From: Thermodesulfobacteriota bacterium
Lineage (GTDB): Bacteria > Desulfobacterota > Desulfobulbia > Desulfobulbales > SURF-16
Direction: 5' to 3'
Assembly: GCA_039715015.1 (NCBI GenBank)
Contig: JBDLIE010000066.1
Span: 1-13,932, forward strand
Length of the DNA stretch: 13,932 bases
The notes beneath the pieces were generated by a model that had not been told where the DNA came from, searched no databases, and saw only the letters and a program-made list of their open reading frames with translations. The position numbers and the translations under genes are program-made. Positions 6,823-13,932 of this stretch are shown piece after piece (the first letter of the stretch is position 1; each line of letters opens with the position of its first letter).

Positions 6823-7607
6823 TGCTTCCCTCCTTGGCGGCGCATTTGGGCAAGGAAGGGCCCGAATCCGTCTTGGCCAAGCCAGTACAGGAGCATGTTC
6901 TCAACGCCCCGGCTGGTAATGGTGGCGCCCGAGATGGCGTCGACCTGGTGGGCGGCAACCTCAGGATCAGCATCCTTGCCGCCCTTGACCAAGCGGATAT
7001 TTGGCAGCCACTCAGGATCAAAGACAATTTTTCCTTGCCATTGGGCCTGCCATTCCGGGCGGTCGACCTCGCCGCCAAGACCCGGAGTCTCGCCATGTTG
7101 ATAAAAGGTGATTCCCTTGACGGTCTTGGTGTCCTTGGCCAGGGCGATGAAGCCGTACAAGGTGGACCAGAGTCCTTTGCCCTGCACAGGAAGAATAATC
7201 TGCCGGGTCTCACCGTTTTCTTTGACAAGATAGATCACACCGTACCGGGAGCGTACCTTGATTTTTGCTTTGTCAAGGGCAGTGGGGATGAGATGGCGCA
7301 GGGCCGGATCCACGACAGGCCTGCGCGGATCAAAGGCGGCAGGTTCCAGACCGGCAACCATGTCGCCGCTTTCCAGATCCACCACCACTGCCTCTACATT
7401 GTCAAAGGCCTCTTCGATTTCTTGTCTGCCGGCCTTGGCGTCTTTGAGAAGCCCGCCAGCAAGAAGGATGTTCTTTTTCAGATCAAGGGTTCTGTTCATC
7501 TCCTGACGGGGGCGCAAGAGGACGGCGGCGCTGGAGACCAGCAGCGCGCAGACGATACAGAGCAGGAAGGCGACCCCAAAGGTTTTTCGAACACTACAGA
7601 CTGCCAT
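6819..7607 (-). CDS. nqrC: Na+-NQR subunit C
   Basis: N-terminal TM helix, [18 protein letters not shown] and [11 protein letters not shown] (covalent FMN Thr). ATG at 7607 has AGGAGG upstream, so it is preferred over 7646. Confidence 0.95.
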   Translation of the reverse strand: MAVCSVRKTFGVAFLLCIVCALLVSSAAVLLRPRQEMNRTLDLKKNILLAGGLLKDAKAGRQEIEEAFDNVEAVVVDLESGDMVAGLEPAAFDPRRPVVDPALRHLIPTALDKAKIKVRSRYGVIYLVKENGETRQIILPVQGKGLWSTLYGFIALAKDTKTVKGITFYQHGETPGLGGEVDRPEWQAQWQGKIVFDPEWLPNIRLVKGGKDADPEVAAHQVDAISGATITSRGVENMLLYWLGQDGFGPFLAQMRRQGGKQ

Positions 7608-8799
7608 GGCGTGCCAACCTCCTGTGCATAGTGCGCTGGACAACAAGATAATCGATGAGGGGGGCCAAACAGTTGCCGAACAGAATCGCCAGCATCATGC
7701 CTTCCGGGAAGCCGGGATTTAGGACCCGGATAAGCACGGCCATGACACCGATGAGCAGCCCGTACAGCCATTGTCCCTTGGCGGTCACGGCCGAGGTAAC
7801 CGGGTCGGTCGCCATGAAGACCGCGCCAAAGGCAAAGCCGCCAAGGACGAAATGCCAAGCCGGGGTAACACCAAACATGGGATTGGTGACATTGGTGCTG
7901 GAGTTGAACAGCAAGGCGAGGGACACCATGCCGATGCAGATGCTGAGCATAATCCGCCAGGAGGCTATACCGGCGCTTAAAAGAATGGCGGCCCCTATCA
8001 GACAGGCAAGGGTCGAGGTCTCGCCCATGGAGCCCGGCATCAATCCCAGGAAGGCCTGTGCCCAGCTGACGTTCAGGCCGGCAACCCCTTCGGCTGCGGC
8101 GCGGCCCAGCGGGGTGGCGCCGGATACTGCGTCAACTGATGATGTCCACACCCTCTCGCCGGTGAGAGAGGCCGGGTAAGAAAAAAAGAGAAAGGCGTAG
8201 CCGGTGAGGGCCGGATTGAGAAAATTTCTGCCAATGCCGCCGAAGATGAGCTTGCCGATGACGATGCCAAAGCTGATGCCCATGGCCACCAGCCATAAGG
8301 GAATAGTCGGCGGCAGAATCAAGGGAAACAGCAAGCCGGTGACCAGGAAGCCTTCATGGATCTCCTGGTTCCGCTGGCAAGAGAAAACAACTTCCCAAGC
8401 ACCTCCGACTAGATTGGAAACCAGAAGTACAGGAAAGAAGTAGAAAAAGCCGTGCAGGACGTTGGCGCTGACGCTGTGCGGGGAAAAACCGAGTCCCGAG
8501 GCGCGGAGCAGGTCGAACCGCCAACCAGCCGGCTCAATGAGACCGGCATGGGCCAGGGCCAGGTTGGCCTGCAGGCCGGTATTGTACAACCCTGCTAAGG
8601 TGCACGGGATCAAGGCGATGACCACCAGGCCCATGGTTTTTTTTATATTGAGACCATCGCGGACATGGGGGGCGCAAGAAGTGACCTGGCCCGAGGTGTA
8701 GAGAAAAGAGTCGAGTGCCGCAAAGATCGGTTGGTAATGAGCCAGTTTGCCCTGTTTTTCAAAAAGCGGCCGCTGTTTATCGAGAAATTTTTTCAGCAC
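7594..8799 (-). CDS. nqrB: Na+-NQR subunit B
   Basis: APHVRD, VGGAWEV, EGFLVT, FGGIGRNFLNPAL, DAVSGATPL (FMN Thr), GSMGETS, MATDPVT and APLIDY motifs; GTG start. Confidence 0.95.
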   Translation of the reverse strand: MLKKFLDKQRPLFEKQGKLAHYQPIFAALDSFLYTSGQVTSCAPHVRDGLNIKKTMGLVVIALIPCTLAGLYNTGLQANLALAHAGLIEPAGWRFDLLRASGLGFSPHSVSANVLHGFFYFFPVLLVSNLVGGAWEVVFSCQRNQEIHEGFLVTGLLFPLILPPTIPLWLVAMGISFGIVIGKLIFGGIGRNFLNPALTGYAFLFFSYPASLTGERVWTSSVDAVSGATPLGRAAAEGVAGLNVSWAQAFLGLMPGSMGETSTLACLIGAAILLSAGIASWRIMLSICIGMVSLALLFNSSTNVTNPMFGVTPAWHFVLGGFAFGAVFMATDPVTSAVTAKGQWLYGLLIGVMAVLIRVLNPGFPEGMMLAILFGNCLAPLIDYLVVQRTMHRRLARHGSL

Positions 8800-8801
8800 G
8801 G

Positions 8802-10145
8802 TTATCCTTTTTTTTCAATCCGACGCAAACTTTGACGAAGAAGCGGCCCGAAATCATTTTTGCACAGGTCCACAAAGGTGGCCAAAGCGAGATCCTCCTC
8901 ATCCAGGCCCAGGCAACCGAGGGCCTTGGCCTGTTCCATGTCTTGCAGGAGAAGGGCGCGCAAGAGAAAGGTCGGTTCCGTATCCAACGGCATCACTTTT
9001 TCAAAGCGGCCGATGGGGATAAGGGGTCGCTTACTGCCGTTCACCGCAGTGGTGAGGGCAAAACTTTTTGCCGGCCACAGTGGGGAGAGAAATGCGGGTT
9101 TGACGAAAAATTTCGCTCTGCCGGGCAAGGCCCAGCCGAAGAGTTTTCTTTCACGCCCCTCGCGGAGAACGGAAACCTGATTGTGAAATCGGCCCAGGTA
9201 AGCAAGCGCTCCTTGCGCTAACCTGCCCCCTAAAATGCTTCCGGAAATCAGCCTGTTTTCTCCAGCCTTGAGTTCCCCCTCTGTCAGATCGGCAATACTT
9301 GCCCCCAGTCTGGCCCTCAGAAGACGGGGCTGCTGCACCTGGGGACCGGCCAGGGAAATCACCCTTTGGGTAAGGAGCTCGCCGCTGCTGAAAAGATGGC
9401 CAATGGCCGCCACATCCTGGTAGCCGATGGACCAGACCGTTTTTTCCATACCGACCGGATCGAGAAAGTTAATATGGGTCCCGGCCAGACCAGCCGGATG
9501 GGGGCCGGCGAATTCTCTGGTGCTGACCTCAGGAAGGTCGCTGCCACTCAAGACCGTCCCCGGCGCCTTGCAGAGAAAAAGCGGGCCGCGGGTCAATTTT
9601 TTGAGAATTTTCAGACCTTGGTCAAATCCAGCGCCATAGTTGTGCAGCACCGTTTCTACGCAAGGGGCCAAGGGATTGGTGTCCATGGCAGTGACGAATA
9701 TGGAATGCGGTTCACTTCCCGGCAGCGGTGTTTTGGAAAAAGGCCTGGTGCGCAAAGCGGTCCAGAGGCCCGACTCGAGAAGCAGCTCTGTGACCTCTGC
9801 AACGCTCAAGCGCTCGATCTTCCGGCCCATATAGGAGGCAAAGGGGACGCTCTCGTCTCCCTGCACCTTGATAACCACTGCGAGCAGTTCTTTTTTCGCC
9901 CCCCATTGGATACTACTTACAGTCCCGGCCGCTGGCGCAGTGAATTTGACGCCCGGCCTCTTTTTGTCCTCAAAAAGCAGCTGCCCGACCCGGACGTAAT
10001 CGTTTTCTGCCACGGCCAGGGCCGCTTGCAGGTCAGGATAGTCGGGACCAAGGAGGGCCACGGACCCAGGCAGCGGCCCCTCGCCTACTGCCTGCTCTGG
10101 CGCCCCTGAAATGGAAAGATCAAACCCCTTTTTGATTGTGATCAT
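8802..10145 (-). CDS. nqrA: Na+-NQR subunit A
   Basis: MITIKKGFDL start, LFEDKK, LRTRPFSK, AMDTNPLA, GPHPAGLAGTHI and LDEEDLAL motifs. The ATG at 10145 gives 447 aa, a typical NqrA length. Confidence 0.95.
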   Translation of the reverse strand: MITIKKGFDLSISGAPEQAVGEGPLPGSVALLGPDYPDLQAALAVAENDYVRVGQLLFEDKKRPGVKFTAPAAGTVSSIQWGAKKELLAVVIKVQGDESVPFASYMGRKIERLSVAEVTELLLESGLWTALRTRPFSKTPLPGSEPHSIFVTAMDTNPLAPCVETVLHNYGAGFDQGLKILKKLTRGPLFLCKAPGTVLSGSDLPEVSTREFAGPHPAGLAGTHINFLDPVGMEKTVWSIGYQDVAAIGHLFSSGELLTQRVISLAGPQVQQPRLLRARLGASIADLTEGELKAGENRLISGSILGGRLAQGALAYLGRFHNQVSVLREGRERKLFGWALPGRAKFFVKPAFLSPLWPAKSFALTTAVNGSKRPLIPIGRFEKVMPLDTEPTFLLRALLLQDMEQAKALGCLGLDEEDLALATFVDLCKNDFGPLLRQSLRRIEKKG

Positions 10146-10285
10146 GGTGTGCGCTTTTTCCTTTTGAAGCGTTAGACCATAAGTCCGACACATCTCCGTT
10201 TTAGTAGTAGATATTGACAGATGCGTGTAAAGAGCGAAGCATCAAGACCTCTTGCCGGGTCAATGCAGAGTTGAAAATGTAAATT

Positions 10286-10314
10286 AGTATAGTAAACCGA
10301 TGATGCAGATACAA
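10286..10314 (-). promoter_or_regulatory. Candidate sigma70 promoter for the nqr operon
   Basis: The - strand reads TTGTAT (10314-10309), N17, TATACT (10291-10286), about 140 bp upstream of the nqrA ATG. Confidence 0.55.
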
Positions 10315-10366
10315 TGATCAAGAAAAAGATAGCTGAGAGCTCTTTAAAAGCACATAGCCACTTGCG

Positions 10367-10426
10367 GTCTCAAATTGAGGCAGTTGAGGAAGGAGGGAAA
10401 AGAGAGGAGGCGTCTGAAATTGAGAC
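10367..10426. promoter_or_regulatory. Tandem imperfect palindromes, candidate transcription-factor (bEBP-type UAS) sites
   Basis: GTCTCAAATTGAGGC (10367-10381) and GTCTGAAATTGAGAC (10412-10426) are identical at 13 of 15 positions, 45 bp apart; consensus palindrome GTCTCAAnTTGAGAC. Confidence 0.55.
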
Positions 10427-10441
10427 ACCAACCTAAAGAAT

Positions 10442-11812
10442 TTACTCAAGGCCATATTCCTTGATCTTATTGAGCAGGGTCTGACGGGCAATACCAAGTT
10501 TCTTGGCGGTCTGTGACTTATTGCCGGCTGTTTCTTCGATGGTGGTCCGGATCATTTCCCTCTCCATATCCCGCAGGGTGAGACCGCTGCTGGTGGCCTG
10601 CAGGTTACTGCCGTCCTGTTTTTTGCCATGCGGGTTGAGCTGGGGAGGGAGTTCCTTTGGGGTGATCTGTTCACCTTGGCAGAGGATGATGGCACGCTCT
10701 ATACAATTTTCCAGCTCACGAATATTGCCGGGCCAAGCATGGTGCAGAAGGAGGTTGATGGCCTGGGGATGGATGGAGCGGATATCCTTTTTGTTCTTTT
10801 CTGCATAGCGTTTCAGGAAATAACGGGCCAGATCTGGAATATCTCCGCCACGATCACGCAGGGGCGGCAGGATAATGGGCACCACGCTCAACCGGAAAAA
10901 AAGATCCTGCCGAAACTCCCCCTGCTTGACCATCTCTTCCAGATCCCGATGACTGGCAGCCACCATACGGACATCAACCTTGATCGTCTTGCTGCCTCCT
11001 AGACGTTCAATCTCTCCCTCCTGTAAGGCGCGGAGAATTTTGGCCTGGGTGGGCAGGGTCATGTCGCCGATCTCATCTAAGAACAAAGTGCCGTGGTGGG
11101 CCTGTTCAAAACGGCCCTTGCGCTGCTCCGTGGCGCCGGTGAAGGCACCCTTCTCATGGCCGAAGAGTTCGCTTTCAAGCAGATTTTCATGGAGGGCGGC
11201 GCAGTTGACCTTGATAAACGGCCCCTCCTTTCTTGCGCTATTTTCATGGAGGGCATTGGCAATCAGCTCCTTGCCGGTGCCAGATTCGCCACCGATGAGC
11301 ACAGTGGCATCGGAAGGCGCAACTAAGCGCAGTGTGGCAAACATCTCCTGCATGGCTTTGCTTGAACCAATGATATTATCAAAGGAAAAATTCTCCTGGA
11401 GCCTCTCCTTGAGGTGGATATTTTCCTGCTCCAGTTTTTCCACATGGAGGGCCTTGGCAATGATGAGTTGCAGCTCATCCATGTCAATGGGCTTGGTGAC
11501 ATAGTCAAAGGCGCCCCGTTTCATGGCCACAACAGCGGACTCCACCGAGGAAAAGGCGGTGATGACAATGACCGGCACCCGGATGGCGGCCTCTTGCAGG
11601 GCTGATAAGGTGGTAAGGCCGTCCATACGCTCCATCTTCAGATCAAGGAGGATCAAGTCAACATCATGGTCGGTTAATGCGGTAAGAACCTGATCACCGT
11701 CATCCACCTCCAGGATGTTGAATTCGGCTCCGGCCAGATTTGCCTTGAGCATGGTGCGATGGGCCTTGTCATCATCGACAAGGAGAACTGTTGTGGCGCT
11801 CGGTTCTGTCAT
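10442..11812 (-). CDS. Sigma54-dependent response regulator, NtrC family (ZraR/HydG-like), 456 aa
   Basis: Receiver domain (LLVDDD, LLDLKM, TKP), AAA+ domain with GESGTGKE, GAFTGA, LFLDEIGD, FRQDLFFRL and WPGNIRELEN, and a C-terminal Fis-type HTH. Confidence 0.95.
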   Translation of the reverse strand: MTEPSATTVLLVDDDKAHRTMLKANLAGAEFNILEVDDGDQVLTALTDHDVDLILLDLKMERMDGLTTLSALQEAAIRVPVIVITAFSSVESAVVAMKRGAFDYVTKPIDMDELQLIIAKALHVEKLEQENIHLKERLQENFSFDNIIGSSKAMQEMFATLRLVAPSDATVLIGGESGTGKELIANALHENSARKEGPFIKVNCAALHENLLESELFGHEKGAFTGATEQRKGRFEQAHHGTLFLDEIGDMTLPTQAKILRALQEGEIERLGGSKTIKVDVRMVAASHRDLEEMVKQGEFRQDLFFRLSVVPIILPPLRDRGGDIPDLARYFLKRYAEKNKKDIRSIHPQAINLLLHHAWPGNIRELENCIERAIILCQGEQITPKELPPQLNPHGKKQDGSNLQATSSGLTLRDMEREMIRTTIEETAGNKSQTAKKLGIARQTLLNKIKEYGLE

Positions 11813-13524
11813 CTACTGCCTCTTTGCGTGCCTGAAGGGAATAAAATATCGATGCGGGTTCCCTTTTCCGGGGCTGACACCACCTCAAAACTTCCATGAT
11901 GCTGGTCTATAATCTGGTGGCTGACGGCAAGCCCCAGACCAGTGCCGCTCTTCTTGGTGGTAAAGAAAGGGTCAAACATTTTTTCCAGTTCTTCGTCGTT
12001 CATACCTGGGCCGGTATCCTCTATCCAAATCCGTACGCCATCCCCTTTCTGAGAGGCGCCCAGTTCTATAGAGTCACCGGCAGGAGTGACCGCCATGCTG
12101 TTTTTCAGCAAGTTGATGAGCACCTGGAGAAGGAGGTCAGGGTCAGCCTCCATGGCCATACCCTCCTCACATTCCAGATGTAAGACAAGCTGTTTATCCG
12201 TGAAATCATGTTCTAAAAGTTTGGCGGCCTTGGAAAGCAGGGAGCAGGTGTCAATCTTCTGAAAATCGGGATCGCGGGGCCGGGCGAATTGTAAGAGCGC
12301 TGATATGCTGTGATTGAGGCGATCAACCTCACCGATCATTAGGTCTGCATACTCCCTGCCGTTTTCGTCATCCTTAAAGTGCCTGCTGAAATATTGGGCA
12401 AAGCCGCGCAGAGTGCCCAGGGGGTTTCTGATCTCGTGGGCGATACCGGCCGCCATTTGGCCCAAGGCCGCTAAACGGCGGGAGCGTTCAAGCTGTTGCT
12501 CAAGGGCTTGGATATCGCGCATGTCGCGCAAGATGAGAACCGAACCAAGCTTCTTGCCTTCTTGGTCCTGGAGCCGAGAGCCGCTCACCTTAACCGGTAT
12601 CTGTTTACCGGCATCCAGGGGGCAGTCAAGAGGGGCGTCCAGCAAGGGCTGGTCCAGATTCAACAGGTCCATCGGCCAGTGGCGAAACACCTCATCTATC
12701 CTTTTATGGACCAACGCCGAAAAAGGTTTGCAGACCAGTTCTTCCGCCTTAGCGTTACAGGAGACGATCCGGCTCATCCGGTCAAGGGTGATAAGACCGG
12801 CGGGCATACTCTCAATGACATTTTCAGTATAGAGCTCCATATTGGCCAGGGTGGAACGACTGACCCGTATCCCTTGATAGAGAAAGAGAAAATAAAAACC
12901 GGCGCAGCCAAGCAGAAACAGGATGGCGGCCATAATCAAGCCGTGTTCAACATCCTGCTCCCGGGCCTGATCAAACTCCGAGGTCCGTAAACCAATATAG
13001 ATGACCAGTTGACCTGAATCCTCCTCGCGCATATTCTGCATCCAGCGCTGGTGCATGGTCTTCATCTGTGGAGAGATATCAGCCAGGGGTTGAAAGATAG
13101 TGGCAACCTCGAAAACATCGGCTGAGGCGATAAGGGTGGTTATTGGCTTTTCCTGGGCCAAAACCTGGCTGACATCAGGGCGCTCTTCGGCCTGGGGCCA
13201 TTGTCCGGCCTTTGCAACCAGACGACCTTGCTCGTCAACAATATGGATATAGGCAACTGTCTCGGTCCTGGTTGTTTCGCTGACCAGGGTGCTTAAGGGA
13301 TCATCGCCGCGCATGTAATGCATCATTGAGGTGCGGGCCCCGGCCTCAAAACTGCGAATCAAGGTCAGTCCCTGGTTGAGGAGGAACCTCTCCATGAGGG
13401 CCTGTTCGCGCTTGAAGCTGCTAGTGGTCATTATCAGTACGAGGGTGGCCAGGAGAATACTCGCCACCACAATGGACAGGGCAATTTTGGACATTTTAAA
13501 TGTCTGGGTTTCCCTGGGGATCAT
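11809..13524 (-). CDS. Membrane sensor histidine kinase with PAS domain (ZraS/HydH-like), 571 aa
   Basis: Two TM segments around an extracytoplasmic domain (LIRSFEAGARTSM, ZraS-like), a PAS region, H-box AAGIAHEIRNPL, N-box QVLINLLKNS, DTGPG, FDPFFTTK and GTGLGL. Its stop overlaps the regulator start (ATGA). Confidence 0.93.
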   Translation of the reverse strand: MIPRETQTFKMSKIALSIVVASILLATLVLIMTTSSFKREQALMERFLLNQGLTLIRSFEAGARTSMMHYMRGDDPLSTLVSETTRTETVAYIHIVDEQGRLVAKAGQWPQAEERPDVSQVLAQEKPITTLIASADVFEVATIFQPLADISPQMKTMHQRWMQNMREEDSGQLVIYIGLRTSEFDQAREQDVEHGLIMAAILFLLGCAGFYFLFLYQGIRVSRSTLANMELYTENVIESMPAGLITLDRMSRIVSCNAKAEELVCKPFSALVHKRIDEVFRHWPMDLLNLDQPLLDAPLDCPLDAGKQIPVKVSGSRLQDQEGKKLGSVLILRDMRDIQALEQQLERSRRLAALGQMAAGIAHEIRNPLGTLRGFAQYFSRHFKDDENGREYADLMIGEVDRLNHSISALLQFARPRDPDFQKIDTCSLLSKAAKLLEHDFTDKQLVLHLECEEGMAMEADPDLLLQVLINLLKNSMAVTPAGDSIELGASQKGDGVRIWIEDTGPGMNDEELEKMFDPFFTTKKSGTGLGLAVSHQIIDQHHGSFEVVSAPEKGTRIDILFPSGTQRGSR

Positions 13525-13837
13525 CGCTTGTTTTCCCTAGTCATACGTATCATTACAGCAGCAGTTACGGCGGGTGGTTGGATTTATTATAAGATGTTTT
13601 GCTACCCTCTTAACTCAGGGCACACCTCTTGTTACCTGTCATCATAGCGGAATTCCAGCAAAAATGACAGTGCGGAGCTATGACAGAAAAGAACCTTTGA
13701 ACCAGTTGCTGATCATGGAGGATTTCTTCCATTTCAGCCTTGATTCAAAGGAACTCTTCCCTTTAATGACGTTTCAGAGCTACCTAAGCCGATAAACCCA
13801 GACATCATTAACACGGTCATAGTGGCCCCGCCTAAGG

Positions 13838-13871
13838 AAAGGCCTTACAGCGAAAATGCTGTAAGGCCTTT
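13838..13871. terminator. Perfect 14-bp hairpin, probable intrinsic terminator following the tRNA 3' end
   Basis: AAAGGCCTTACAGC-GAAAAT-GCTGTAAGGCCTTT, 7 bp downstream (on the - strand) of the tRNA-like CCA. Confidence 0.75.
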
Positions 13872-13878
13872 AATATCT

Positions 13879-13923
13879 TGGTGGCGGGACCAGGAATCAA
13901 ACCAAGGACACACGAATTTTCAG
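13879..13923 (-). pseudogene. Degenerate 3' half of tRNA-Phe(GAA); probable att-site remnant
   Basis: The - strand reads CTGAAAA-TTCGT-GTGTC-CTTGG-TTTGATT-CCTGG-TCCCGCC-ACCA: GAA anticodon loop, T-arm with TTC changed to TTT, acceptor strand and CCA. The bases 5' of the loop (CAGGC) do not pair properly with TTCGT. Confidence 0.75.
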
Positions 13924-13932
13924 GCCTGCGTG

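Noticed and set aside
5126..10109. Long + strand ORFs opposite the nqr genes (e.g. 5424-6107, 6792-7631, 9366-10109)
   Set aside because: Antisense shadow ORFs expected in GC-rich coding DNA; no motifs, and they overlap well-supported genes.
4615..10145. Calling the operon rnf/rsx instead of nqr
   Set aside because: Gene order A-B-C-D-E-F, an NqrA without the RnfC 4Fe-4S motifs, and a 2Fe-2S/FAD NqrF-type last gene all indicate NQR.
10146..10193. Upstream ATG of nqrA giving 463 aa
   Set aside because: NqrA homology starts at MITIKKG (10145).
10503..13540. ORFs overlapping the two-component genes (e.g. 10980-11504, 12314-12832, 12496-12990)
   Set aside because: Shadow ORFs with no recognisable domains.
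13574..13795. 73-aa + strand ORF as a divergent zraP-like gene
   Set aside because: GTG start, no clear RBS, no convincing signal peptide and no ZraP/Spy-like features.

Overview
The window has three parts. (1) 1-3850 is the distal end of an integron cassette array on the + strand. It begins with the 5' end of a group IIC-attC-type intron (- strand, 1-91) inserted in an attC site. Three cassettes follow, each closed by its own attC: a PD-(D/E)xK-like/DUF6602-like protein, an OafA-type acyltransferase-3/SGNH O-acetyltransferase and a short CDF metal exporter. No integrase is visible. (2) 3851-4614 is non-coding and holds a ~208-bp element with 23-bp terminal inverted repeats around a GTAG-type REP doublet. 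(3) 4615-13524 is a GC-rich - strand block with a Na+-NQR operon (nqrABCDEF) and a ZraS/ZraR-like sigma54 two-component pair. NqrF lacks its whole NAD(H)-binding domain, and the nqrD-nqrE junction carries a structured 145-bp insert between 15-bp direct repeats. The window ends with a 14-bp hairpin and a degenerate tRNA-Phe 3' fragment that looks like a genomic-island att scar. All calls come from reading the sequence and the ORF track; no searches were run.
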